Source of the DNA: Phascolarctobacterium sp.
GTDB taxonomy: Bacteria > Bacillota > Negativicutes > Acidaminococcales > Acidaminococcaceae
Assembly (NCBI GenBank): GCA_030540395.1
Contig: JAUNWI010000003.1
Coordinates: 95,295 to 159,294 of the forward strand
Reading direction: 5' to 3'
DNA length: 64,000 bases
The notes beneath the pieces were generated by a model. That model searched no databases. It saw only the letters and a program-made list of their open reading frames with translations, and was not told where the DNA came from. Both the position numbers and the translations under genes were made by a program. Below are positions 19,524-31,200 of the stretch, one piece after another (the first letter of the stretch is position 1; the number at the start of each line of letters is the position of its first letter).

Positions 19524-19949
19524 TTAGCCCTTATTGTTCATATCAATAACCATTTCCTGGGCCTGAATTTCAAAAATAACGGGCTGCTTGCCCTCCCGCA
19601 CAGCGTCGCGCTTAAAGATGCGGGCATAGCTAATGGTTACAATCAGCCACAGGATAATGCCGCCGATAACAAAGGGCATTTTATCCATATGGAAGAAGGT
19701 GGCCAGGCTATTGCCGAAGGCAATGCCGGCCAGCACGCCGGTCACAGGCAGGCCATAAATAATCATTTTCGCCTTGGTATTATCAAAATCGCGATATTCA
19801 GCGCCTACCACATCTCCTGCCTTAGCGCCTACAGGGTTCCAGCAGTCAAGATATTTGGGCAGGCCGGTCAGCTCGCTTTCGGTTTTATCAACTTTAATTT
19901 CAGCACGCTCGCCCTGTTTTTTTACAACAATGCCTCTAATTTCAGCCAT
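19524..19949 (-). CDS. RseC/MucC-family membrane protein
   Basis: N-terminal OB-like segment (NPVGAKAGDVV) then YGLP and two TM helices. Confidence 0.7.
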   Translation of the reverse strand: MAEIRGIVVKKQGERAEIKVDKTESELTGLPKYLDCWNPVGAKAGDVVGAEYRDFDNTKAKMIIYGLPVTGVLAGIAFGNSLATFFHMDKMPFVIGGIILWLIVTISYARIFKRDAVREGKQPVIFEIQAQEMVIDMNNKG

Positions 19950-19997
19950 GAACTAAACTTCTCTCCTTTATCAATGAGCATTTGCTAAGCTTTGCTC

Positions 19998-20288
19998 TCA
20001 ATATGCATGTACAAAAATATACCAATAGCCAAAGCCAAAAATTACGCCATAAATGGCCAAAAACACCAGAATACCCTGCCAGGTAACCGGATAGCCAAAA
20101 TTGATGTCCTCGCCAAAGATACCACGGCGGTTAAAGAAGGTATATTTTTTACGCTTTCTGAACCACAATTTTTTATTTTCCGGTCCAACCTGCTTGGCAA
20201 CTAAAAAGATATAAATAAAAGAACCAAAGAACACCTGAAAGACTCTTGTACAAACTGCCATAGAATCTACATTTTCAATACCAGTCAT
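19998..20288 (-). CDS. Hypothetical small membrane protein
   Basis: GGAGG RBS; two hydrophobic segments around a basic WFRKRK..GYPVTWQG loop. Confidence 0.7.
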   Translation of the reverse strand: MTGIENVDSMAVCTRVFQVFFGSFIYIFLVAKQVGPENKKLWFRKRKKYTFFNRRGIFGEDINFGYPVTWQGILVFLAIYGVIFGFGYWYIFVHAY

Positions 20289-20305
20289 TTTTTCTCCTCC
20301 ACAGC

Positions 20306-20827
20306 TTACAGTTGAATGTATTTATCCGGCATGGTCTTTTGCAGCTTTTTCAGGAAGCTGTCGCTGCATTTGAAGATCAGGCCTGCCAGCTTATTCTTTT
20401 TACCCTCGGTAAACACCAAAAGGCGTTGGGGGTTTTCATCCAAAGAGCTGTAGCGATGAATGTAATGGGTCAGCTTAGTCTTGCGGAAGAAGCTGCGCAC
20501 ATATTTATTAGCAAAGCTTTCGGTACGGGTCAAATCCACACTGTAGCTGCGTTTGATGAAGAACATGCCCTCGGTAATGACCTCCAAACGCTTATCCTTG
20601 TACAAAATCACCGTATACTTAAAGGACACACGCCAGCACCACAGCCCCAAAAGCACCAGGTTCAGGCCCCAGCCCACCAGGCTCAGCTGACGAGTTTCCT
20701 GCACATTATTCCATTCGTTTACAAACAGGCAGGCAATCAAAAGCAGGGCAATACCTGCAATCACCTTGCGTGTAAAATTAGTACCAGACACCTCACGACA
20801 TATTTCTTCCACCAAAATTACCTCCAT
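20306..20827 (-). CDS. Hypothetical membrane protein (two N-terminal TMs and a basic soluble domain)
   Basis: Open frame in an operon-like arrangement; true start may be GTG at 20812, after GGAGG. Confidence 0.72.
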   Translation of the reverse strand: MEVILVEEICREVSGTNFTRKVIAGIALLLIACLFVNEWNNVQETRQLSLVGWGLNLVLLGLWCWRVSFKYTVILYKDKRLEVITEGMFFIKRSYSVDLTRTESFANKYVRSFFRKTKLTHYIHRYSSLDENPQRLLVFTEGKKNKLAGLIFKCSDSFLKKLQKTMPDKYIQL

Positions 20828-21046
20828 CTCTTTATGTGTGGCAACACTATTCCATTTTTATCTTCACTATTATATCAAATTTCCTCAACAAAGCATATAC
20901 CCTAGACCTGCAATTCGTGACAAAAAATGTGAAATTTACGCAACGAGCTTTTGGGTGCCGGGCTGACAGCGCAAAGTGTGGTACGCAAGGCCCACAGTGC
21001 TCGCCACGTTCAGTAAAAAACAGAGTACTCTGCCAATGTGCCTGCC

Positions 21047-21094
21047 AAAAAAGCTACAACCTCCAGCGTAGAAATAAAGCTACACTGGAGGTTG
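21047..21094 (-). terminator. Terminator after proA
   Basis: 15-bp near-perfect stem CAACCTCCAGTGTAG/CTACGCTGGAGGTTG with a downstream T-run. Confidence 0.75.
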
Positions 21095-21116
21095 CTTGAT
21101 TATGCTAATGCTTATT

Positions 21117-22379
21117 TTAGCCTCTCACCTGGCCATTGCCACAAATTAAATACTTGGTGCTGGTCAGCTCCGGCAGGGCCATGGGGCCACGAGCATGGAG
21201 CTTTTGGGTGCTGATGCCGATTTCCGCGCCAAAGCCAAATTCGTTGCCATCGGTAAAGCGGGTGGAAGCGTTCACATACACTGCTGCTGCGTCCACAGTT
21301 CTTTGGAAGAGCTGGGCTTGGCTATAGTCATTGGTCACGATGCACTCGCTGTGGCCCGTGCCAAAGCGGGCAATGTGCTCCATGGCCTCTTCGATGGAGT
21401 CCACAATCTTTACGGACAGACGCAAGTCGCCGTATTCCGTCGCCCAATCCTCTTCCGTAACAGGCACCACAGCATTATCAAAGGATTGCACGCCCTCGTC
21501 GCCGCGAATTTCTACCCCGGCCTCGGCATACTTGGCCAGCATGGCAGGCATAAACTTGGCCGCTGCATCCTTGTGCACCAATAATGTTTCCATAGCGTTG
21601 CAAACGGAAGGACGCTGCACCTTGGCATTATAGGCAATCTTCACTGCCATGTCCACATCGGCGCTGGCATCCACATAGGTATGGCACACGCCCGCACCAG
21701 TCTCGATTACGGGCACTGTGGCGTTCATCACCACCATCTTGATGAGGCCCGCGCCACCGCGGGGAATAACCACGTCCACCAAGCCATTGAGGTGAATCAA
21801 ATCCTGCACTGCCTGACGGTCGCTGGTATCGATAAACTGGATGGCTCCCTCAGGCATACCCGCAGCTGTCGCTGCCTCACTCAAAATCCCGGCCACCGCC
21901 TTGTTGGACTCCATGGCCTCGCTGCCGCCCTTGAGCACCACGGCGTTGCCGGATTTCAGACACAGGCCTGCTGCATCCGCCGTAACATTGGGACGCGCTT
22001 CGTAGATGATGCCAATTACTCCCAGGGGCACGCGCACCTTGGTAATTTGTAGGCCATTGGCCAGCGTTTTGCCGTCCAAAACATTGCCCACCGGGTCGGG
22101 CAAATTAGCCACCTGGCGCAATCCGTCCGCCATGCCCTCGATGCGGGCGCTAGTCAGCTTCAAGCGGTCCAGCATGGAGCTTTTCATGCCCTTAGCTGCC
22201 GCATTTTCCATATCCACATTATTGGCAGCCAAGATTTCCTCCTGCTTGTCCAAAAGCGCTTGGGCCATAGCTAATAATGCTTTATTCTTCACGGCTGTGC
22301 TGGTCACCGCCAGCTTGGCAGCTGCCTTTTTCGCAGCCGCAGCCTTCGTTTTTACCAGTTCATAGGTATCCATTTCCAT
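21117..22379 (-). CDS. proA: Gamma-glutamyl phosphate reductase
   Basis: RVPLGVIGIIYEARPNVT, PRGGAGLI, CNAMETLLVH, GAEIGISTQKLHARGPM. Confidence 0.97.
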   Translation of the reverse strand: MEMDTYELVKTKAAAAKKAAAKLAVTSTAVKNKALLAMAQALLDKQEEILAANNVDMENAAAKGMKSSMLDRLKLTSARIEGMADGLRQVANLPDPVGNVLDGKTLANGLQITKVRVPLGVIGIIYEARPNVTADAAGLCLKSGNAVVLKGGSEAMESNKAVAGILSEAATAAGMPEGAIQFIDTSDRQAVQDLIHLNGLVDVVIPRGGAGLIKMVVMNATVPVIETGAGVCHTYVDASADVDMAVKIAYNAKVQRPSVCNAMETLLVHKDAAAKFMPAMLAKYAEAGVEIRGDEGVQSFDNAVVPVTEEDWATEYGDLRLSVKIVDSIEEAMEHIARFGTGHSECIVTNDYSQAQLFQRTVDAAAVYVNASTRFTDGNEFGFGAEIGISTQKLHARGPMALPELTSTKYLICGNGQVRG

Positions 22380-22422
22380 CCCTCACTTGCATAAGCGCTT
22401 ACATAAGCAGCGCAAACACCAT

Positions 22423-23565
22423 TTATTGCAAAATAACCAAATCATCACGATGAATAACCTCATCGTAATTTTTATGTCCTAAGATGCCTTCAATATCGGC
22501 GGACTTGCAGCCCTTGATTTTTTCCAGCTCTGCGGCTGTATAATGCACAAGGCCCCGAGCCAGCTCGTGACCCTCTTTATCAATAACACTAACGGTGCTA
22601 CCGGTCTGGAAATCGCCCACCACCTGGTAAATACCTGCGGGCAAAATGCTGCAGCCTCCAGCCTTGCGAATAGCCTTAGCGCAGCCTTCATCCACCACGA
22701 TGCTGCCCTGAATCTTGGCACCGAAGGCCAGCCAACGCTTGCGGAACTGCAGTCTATTTTCGCGGCTTACAAAGAGGGTGCCAATTTCTTCGCCCTGCAA
22801 AATACGGGGAATGGCATTCTTTTCGGTGCCGCTGGCAATAACCAGCTGGATGCCGCTGTTGGTAGCCGCTTTGGCAGCCTGGATTTTGGTCGCCATGCCG
22901 CCGGTGCCACGGGAAGAACCCACGCCACCTGCGCTGGCTTCCACCTCAGGCGTAATCTCCAAAACAGTGTGCACCAAGGTTGCGTCGGGATGAGTAGCGG
23001 GATTAGCAGTGTACAGGCCATCAATATCGGACAGAATGATGACCAAATCCGCATCCACAATGCCTGCCACCAACGCGGACATATTATCATTGTCGCCAAT
23101 TTTCAATTCGTCCAGAGCCACCACGTCGTTTTCGTTAACGATGGGGATAACGCCCTGCTGCAAAAGGGTCATAAAGGTGTTGCGGCAATTGGTATAACGG
23201 TGGCGGTCGATGGCCTCGGTGCGGGTAATCAGCACCTGGGCCACAATTTGGCCGTAGTCAGCAAAAAGCTTTTCATAGGTGTGCATCAAAACGCCCTGAC
23301 CCACGGCGGCGCAGGCCTGCTTGCCGGGGATGGTGTTGGGCTTTGCCGGCAGACCCAAACGGTCCACGCCCACAGCCACAGCACCACTGGAAACAAGAAT
23401 CATCTCCTTGCCTTGGTTTTGCAAATCGCTCAACTCCCTGGCCAAGCGGTCAATCTGGCTAAAATTACGCTTGCCATTGGCATAGGTAATGGTGCTGGTG
23501 CCAACCTTTACCACAATGCGTTTGGCTTTTTGCAAGGCTTCACGATAAGCTTTGCCTTCTCCCAT
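22423..23565 (-). CDS. proB: Glutamate 5-kinase with PUA domain
   Basis: IVVKVGTS, VSSGAV, NENDVV, GDNDNMSA, GTGGMATK; C-terminal PUA domain. Confidence 0.97.
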   Translation of the reverse strand: MGEGKAYREALQKAKRIVVKVGTSTITYANGKRNFSQIDRLARELSDLQNQGKEMILVSSGAVAVGVDRLGLPAKPNTIPGKQACAAVGQGVLMHTYEKLFADYGQIVAQVLITRTEAIDRHRYTNCRNTFMTLLQQGVIPIVNENDVVALDELKIGDNDNMSALVAGIVDADLVIILSDIDGLYTANPATHPDATLVHTVLEITPEVEASAGGVGSSRGTGGMATKIQAAKAATNSGIQLVIASGTEKNAIPRILQGEEIGTLFVSRENRLQFRKRWLAFGAKIQGSIVVDEGCAKAIRKAGGCSILPAGIYQVVGDFQTGSTVSVIDKEGHELARGLVHYTAAELEKIKGCKSADIEGILGHKNYDEVIHRDDLVILQ

Positions 23566-23580
23566 AATCTCACCTGTTTC

Positions 23581-24867
<1,287 letters not shown>

Positions 24868-25236
24868 CTATAACTACAAAAATAATATTAAACTAAATAA
24901 AGCACAACGCAGGCTGGTGCCATTTATTCTGGGGCTAAAAATGGTCACAAACCCACTTATACATATTATAGCGTGAAATGCTAGCTTTGCGCAATGGTGT
25001 GGGAAACAAAAGATGGAGTAGGTTGCGTTTTTCCTATGAAAAACGTGCTCACAACTGCAAAGTTCATAGGAAAAACGTACTAGCAACGTATTGTTGGGAC
25101 TCGCAGAGAGTACACCTTTGATTAAAAAGGCAAAAAGCAGAACCAAATTTACTAGATACACTCAGTAAATGGTCCTGCTTTTCCTTTTCATATTATACAG
25201 TATAGTATAAGTAATGCTTGTTATCACGACAAGTAC

Positions 25237-25497
25237 TCACAAATGATTAATCATCCCCCGCAGCTCAGTAAAAACCACGCCCGCCTTATCCGCAGGAATG
25301 ACCTGACAGGGCAGAGCTCGCAAATCATCCACGCGCCAGCCAGCGTTCTGCTCCGCCAGCTTGGCTAACGCTTCCTCCAAATCGTGCGCCACCACGATGG
25401 TCAGAGCATCCAGATAAAACTCATTGTTCAAGCAGGGCTCGTCAATCATGCTGTGGCTGTGATAGGTTTTGTTATGACGCCAAAGGTAAATATTCAT
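25237..25497 (-). CDS. Hypothetical protein (86 aa)
   Basis: GGAGG RBS before MNIYLW; start overlaps the tadA stop. Confidence 0.72.
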   Translation of the reverse strand: MNIYLWRHNKTYHSHSMIDEPCLNNEFYLDALTIVVAHDLEEALAKLAEQNAGWRVDDLRALPCQVIPADKAGVVFTELRGMINHL

Positions 25498-25997
25498 ACG
25501 CTCGCCTCCTTGCACTCTTTTTGCTGCTGTTTTTTCGCTTTATTTTCCGACCTGCGCCGCTTAAAAAAGTCCTTCATCACCTGGGCGCACGCTTCCTCGC
25601 ACACACCGCTGATAACAGTGGCCGTGTGATTCAGATTGGGGTTGGTAATGATGTTAAAAATGGACTCCGCCCCACCGGCCTTCACATCGGGGCAGCCATA
25701 CACCACGGTATCGATGCGACTGTTCACGATGGCACCACTGCACATGGGACAGGGCTCTACGGTCACGTACAGCGCGCACCCGCTGAGCCGCCAGCGGCCC
25801 AGCTTCTTGCAGCCCTTCTGGATGACGATGATTTCCGCATGGGCAGTGCCATCCTGCCAAGTTTCGCGCATGTTGTGGGCTCGGGCGACTACCTCTCCCT
25901 CATGCACCAGCACCGCGCCAATGGGAATCTCCCCCAGCGCAGCCGCCTTGCGAGCCTCCTCCAACGCCAGCTGCATATATTCTTCATGAGTCTTCAT
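25494..25997 (-). CDS. tadA: tRNA adenosine(34) deaminase
   Basis: EIPIGAV, TAHAE, YVTVEPCPMC..AI, GCPDVKAG. Confidence 0.94.
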   Translation of the reverse strand: MKTHEEYMQLALEEARKAAALGEIPIGAVLVHEGEVVARAHNMRETWQDGTAHAEIIVIQKGCKKLGRWRLSGCALYVTVEPCPMCSGAIVNSRIDTVVYGCPDVKAGGAESIFNIITNPNLNHTATVISGVCEEACAQVMKDFFKRRRSENKAKKQQQKECKEASV

Positions 25998-25998
25998 G

Positions 25999-27951
25999 CT
26001 ACTCCTCCAGAGCTTCCATCAATATTTCCCATTTCTCCATGAGCTCGGCGATTTTCGCCTCGTACTCATCGTGCTCCGCTGCCATGGCCGCGCTATTGGC
26101 GGGGTCCGCATGATTGGCCGGATCCGCCATGCGCTTTTCCAAAAGGCCCATCATGGCCTCCTGCTCGCGGATGTGCAGCTCCACCTTGGGCAAGAGCTTG
26201 GCAGCCTCCTCCGGACTATAGCGCTTATTTTTGTCATTCTTTTCCGCCTTTTTCGCTACGGGCGCAGCTGCACTCTGCGCCGCAGCTTGCTGCTTCGCCT
26301 TCGCCTCCGCGAAGGCTTTTTGCTTTTCTGCCTCCGCGGCAGCTGCAGCCGCCGCTTGGGCCAGCTTCTCCTTCTCTTCAAGGTAAAAATCATAATTACC
26401 CTTGTAATCCTTCACCTGGCAATCTTCTATTTCCCAAATGCGGTCCGCCACCTCGTTCACAAAATAACGGTCATGGCTGACTACCAAAACAGTGCCGTCG
26501 AAGGCCTCCAAGGCCGCCTCCACCGTCTCTCGTGCCATAATATCCAAATGGTTGGTGGGCTCGTCCAGCACCAGACAATTGGCGCCGTCTAAAACCAGCT
26601 TCAAAAGCACCAGGCGAGCCTTTTGTCCACCGCTGAGCTCCCCGATTTTTTTGAACACATCATCCCCATGAAAGAGCATACCTCCCAGCATGGAGCGGGT
26701 GTGTTCTTCGGTAAAGCCATATTCAATGACAAAGTTTTCCAAAAGAGTTTGCTTGGGGTCAAGTCTTTCATAGCTCTGGGAAAAATAACCAATCTGCACC
26801 CTGTTGCCAATTTTGGCGCGCCCCTTCAAGGGCTGAATCTCTCCCAAAATAGTGCGCAGCAGGGTGGTTTTACCCGTGCCGTTAGCTCCCAAAAGCGCGG
26901 CCTTTTCACCCCGCCGCAAGGTCAAATTGATGCCCTTGGCCAGCACCTTGTCGCCGTAGCCAATGGTCAAATCCTCCATAATCAGCACCCTGTCGGCGCA
27001 TTCTGCCGCCGGGGGCAGGCGCAGCTGGAACTCCTCATTGTGCACGGGCGCATCCATGCGCTCCATGCGGTCCAGCTGGGATTGGCGACCACGGGCCATT
27101 TTGCTCTTGATGCCCGCCTTGAAGCGACGGATATAAGCCTCCGTGCGAGCAATGTAATCCTGCTGAGCGTTATAGGCCGCCTCCAAGGTCGCAGTTTGAA
27201 TGGCCTTTTGCTCCAGATAACGACTATAATTACCCTTGAAGGACTGCAGCTTGCCGCCCTCCATTTCCAAAATGCGCACAGCCACATTGTCCAAAAAGGC
27301 GCGGTCATGGCTGACCACCAAAAGTCCGCCCTTGAATTCCTGCAAATATTTTTCCAGCCATTGGGTCATGACGATATCCAAATGGTTGGTGGGCTCGTCC
27401 AGAATCATGAAGTCAGGATTGCGCACCAGCGCCGCCGCCAGCATGAGGCGCGTCTTTTGCCCACCGCTCAAATTATTGGCCTCGTGGCTCCACCATTCCT
27501 CGGTATAACCCAAGCCGATGAGCACCCTTTTGATGCGATTTTCAAAGTTATAACCATCGAGGAATTCGTAGCGCTTGGTCACCCGGGCGTATTCATCAAG
27601 ACACTCGTCCAGCGCTTCGCCACTAAGGCCATTGGCTCTTTGCTCCAGCTCCGCCAATTTCTTGCGCAGTTCGGTGATTTCCGGGCAGGCCTCGCTCATA
27701 AACTCCCAAATTGTGCCGTGGATTTCCGTGAAGCCCTGCTGCACATAGCCCACACTGATGCCGGGCTCGAATTTGATGGCGCCTTCATCAATCCAATCCG
27801 GGTTGAGCAGGCAGCGCAGCAGCGTGGTTTTACCACTGCCGTTAACGCCAACTAACCCCACGTGCTCACCCTGCTCAATCATAAAGCTCACATTTTTAAA
27901 TATCTCATGAATGCCAAAAGCCTTGGCAATTTTATCTACAACTAATTGCAT
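25999..27951 (-). CDS. ABC-F family ribosome-associated ATPase
   Basis: Two ABC domains (GVNGSGKT, GANGTGKT; LSGGQK twice; LDEPTNHLD twice), no TM segments, C-terminal coiled coil; start 27951 after CAGGAG RBS. Confidence 0.93.
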   Translation of the reverse strand: MQLVVDKIAKAFGIHEIFKNVSFMIEQGEHVGLVGVNGSGKTTLLRCLLNPDWIDEGAIKFEPGISVGYVQQGFTEIHGTIWEFMSEACPEITELRKKLAELEQRANGLSGEALDECLDEYARVTKRYEFLDGYNFENRIKRVLIGLGYTEEWWSHEANNLSGGQKTRLMLAAALVRNPDFMILDEPTNHLDIVMTQWLEKYLQEFKGGLLVVSHDRAFLDNVAVRILEMEGGKLQSFKGNYSRYLEQKAIQTATLEAAYNAQQDYIARTEAYIRRFKAGIKSKMARGRQSQLDRMERMDAPVHNEEFQLRLPPAAECADRVLIMEDLTIGYGDKVLAKGINLTLRRGEKAALLGANGTGKTTLLRTILGEIQPLKGRAKIGNRVQIGYFSQSYERLDPKQTLLENFVIEYGFTEEHTRSMLGGMLFHGDDVFKKIGELSGGQKARLVLLKLVLDGANCLVLDEPTNHLDIMARETVEAALEAFDGTVLVVSHDRYFVNEVADRIWEIEDCQVKDYKGNYDFYLEEKEKLAQAAAAAAAEAEKQKAFAEAKAKQQAAAQSAAAPVAKKAEKNDKNKRYSPEEAAKLLPKVELHIREQEAMMGLLEKRMADPANHADPANSAAMAAEHDEYEAKIAELMEKWEILMEALEE

Positions 27952-28281
27952 CTCGTTCTCCTGTTTTTTATCATCATGACTGCTCTTTACTTGACGCAGT
28001 CTCTTTTTCTTTTTATTATAGCATTTTTTGCGCAAAAGAGCCAAAAAGATATGCTGCAAAAAGCAGTCCCCTTGCAGGATTTTGGCAAGCAAGAAACGAA
28101 TTTTTCAACGATAAAATTTTGCAAAATTGCTCCACGCAGCGTTTTTTGTGATACTTTTATGAATACTACTATGCTAGAATGGATTTAATATTCTATAGCG
28201 AACGTGCTTTTCGAGTAACGTTTCGTTACCCAAATCATGGTTAATAATTATTTGGTATACATTTTTACGGGAGGTTTTGCT

Positions 28282-31200
28282 ATGTTCAAGAAAAAACGCG
28301 CTTTGACAGCAGCCGTGCTCTTAAGCTGCTCCTTCTTTATGGCCCCCTATTATGCTCATGCTGAGGAAGAGGAACCAAGCTGCGACCATCCATCATATTA
28401 CATGCAAGTCACTGCCGACAGTCTCACCTATCAGTTTGATCTTTACGATGCTACTAACCATTCTGGTCCACACTGGCGTGGCGAATATACAACTGACGAT
28501 AATGGTCAAAAAATTAAAGAATATGCCACCTACAGAGACCTATTTACTGGTGAAAAGCAAGCTTTTGGCGATAGCATTGCTTATATTCATAACTTAATTA
28601 ATCCATCCGGGACTACAAACCCTACCATCAAGCTAGAGCTGCTTCCTGACAAGGACGCCAATGCGGCTGCCCAAAGTGACACTTACATCAAAAGGGACGC
28701 TACTGGCAAGCCCTCAACACAAATCAGTGATACTGAGCTTGCGGCAGTACTGCAAGGAAAATATCACCCCGAAGACAATGACATCGTTGCTGAAATAGAA
28801 GTAGACCTTGCACCTCCCGATGCCAATTGGTATATTGAAAAATTTCCGTCCCTCCCCAGCAATGGCACCGACAGCGACTATTACGGAACCATCACCCACG
28901 AAATGTTCCATGCTTTAGGTCTGGGAACATATATTAACAAAGACTACACTACTCACGATGTCACCTTTGGCACCACTGCTAATTATAAAGATGGAATATT
29001 AATGTCAAAATTAGTATTCAACAAGTACGAAATGGGCATTAGGGATGTTTTTGACAGAGTAGTGTATTATGAGGTAAAAAGCGATGGCACCAACGCGTAT
29101 TATGATACTCACCCCATCAATCCCAATGCTGATGATATCACCATCACTGGAGAACTCAAGAGCAGAAAAATAGTTCCTATCTCGTTACAGCGATTTCAAA
29201 ATCCTTCCTTTATAAAAAAAGATGACGAATTCTATGTTCTCAAAGGTGATGATGTTGGCACCAACAGTGGCACGTATTTTACAGGCGTAAACGTAGAGAA
29301 TGTACTTACAACTTACAATGCTAAGACAGGGAAAAATGAATTAGCTGAAATCGCTTGGCCTGACGGCTCCGAAGTTCAGCCGGTCCCTGGACTGCCCCTT
29401 AACGGTTACGAGGGTGCCGAAACCACTCCTGAACTCTCCCATATCGAGCTGCAAAATGTCAATATGAGTCACCAAAACTATCGCAACTGGTGCAACTTCA
29501 CGGAAGCAGAGCTGGCTATTTTGCAGGATTTAGGCTTTAATGTGGACCGCAGAGCATACTACGGCAAGTCCATTTATAACAGTGGCACAGTCGATGAGAA
29601 CGAAAATATCCATTATTTCACCTACGATAATAATAATGCCTTCAACAGCACCCAAATGCACGGCATCGGTCTGCATATTTATGGTAGCTATGTGGATGTT
29701 ACCCAAAAGGCCGCTTTAAATGCTGGTGGCGAATATGGTATTGGTATTCGCGTGGACGGCATGCGCAATAATGTTACTATTGATGAGGATATCACAGCCA
29801 ATAACATTGGTGGCAATGGCCTTTTAGTTGCTTACGGCAAGGAGCATGAAATCACCTTAAGTGCTGGCAATACTATTGAGGCTACCGGTGCTGATGGCGT
29901 AGCAGCTCGTTTTGACTTTGGCAGCAACGAATTAGGTGACCAAGCTGGCTACAGGGGCTCCTACATCAATGTAAAATACAACGACCCTAATGCCGATGGT
30001 GACGACGAAGATGAAGATGAAGAAAGCGTTGAAGGAGAACTGCTCTTGGCCAAAAGCAAATCTCAGGAAGAAATACAGGGCAGTTGGGTACAGGATGACC
30101 TGCCCGATGCCATAGACGGCGCACTTGTAGAAAACTTCAATGTAGCGGGCAAATTAATTGGCAATGAGGCTGCTATCTATATCTCTCCTAACGCCTATGT
30201 AAAGAATATCAACATTTTAGAGGGCGCTGAAATCACGGGCGACATTATTTCTGAATGGAATCCCAATGCCATTATTTATCAAAACGAGGATGCAGAAGAA
30301 TCTTTGGCCCCACTGCTGCCTGATGATGATGATGGTTTGACCCATTTGAATTTTGGGTATGCTAGTGATGCTAGTGGCAATTTACTTTTGAATGAACAAG
30401 AACAACTAGTAGCAGACGCAAATTATACAAAAGAGCTCAGCAATAATATCCTTGGCAAAGATAGTCTGGTTATAGACCTGTGGGCTGGTGAGCTCAAAAC
30501 CAGTGGCACCAACAATGTCAATATTGTGCATGTAGCAGATGGCGCCAGCACTCAATATACTAACACAGGCGATTTGACCATCAATAGCAGCCTTGTTGTT
30601 AAGGGCACGTTTGTTAACGAAGGCACCTTGCAGACAAGCTTTGATGAGGATGGCAGAAGCATGGAGATTTCTGGTAGTGGTAACGCATATCTAACAGAAA
30701 CTGCTAATGGTAAGTTTGTTCTCAATGCTGAAGAAGGCCTGTATAAGGATACGACTACAATTTATCTCATCAATCATATTGCGGGAGATCCAACAGTGGA
30801 AATCAATGCTGATAATCTGCTAGTAAACTCTAACTCTGCGACCTTAAAAATGACCGCAGAAGTTGACGAATATACTAAGAATATCACCATCAGTACTGTC
30901 CGTGATTATACACCATTTGCAGGCACAGACGCAGAAGGTCAGTTAGCAATTCAGCTAGCTGAAAAGGCTTCTGCTTTGGCAGGAATTGAGGAACAAAATC
31001 TCAGCGAATTGGACCAAAAATGGGCGAACCTGCTTGCTGGCATGGGCTACAACGACAGCACCGGTGCCACCGCTAAACAGGCCATGAAGGCACTGACACC
31101 CCATGTATATAATAGCAGTGCACAGGCAACCTTGAACACTCACACCATGCTGAACAATTTGAACATGCTGGGTAATTTTAGCAACAACATTCCCGCAGCC

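Noticed and set aside
25999-27951. ABC-F as an antibiotic-resistance (ARE) gene
   Set aside because: Subfamily cannot be assigned by eye; the housekeeping context and C-terminal coiled coil fit non-ARE members
27952-28092. Long N-terminal extensions in the ORF track (ABC-F, DUF4127, DUF456, MscS, CbiM, CbiO)
   Set aside because: Downstream ATGs have clear RBSs, and the extensions cover promoter or neighbouring sequence
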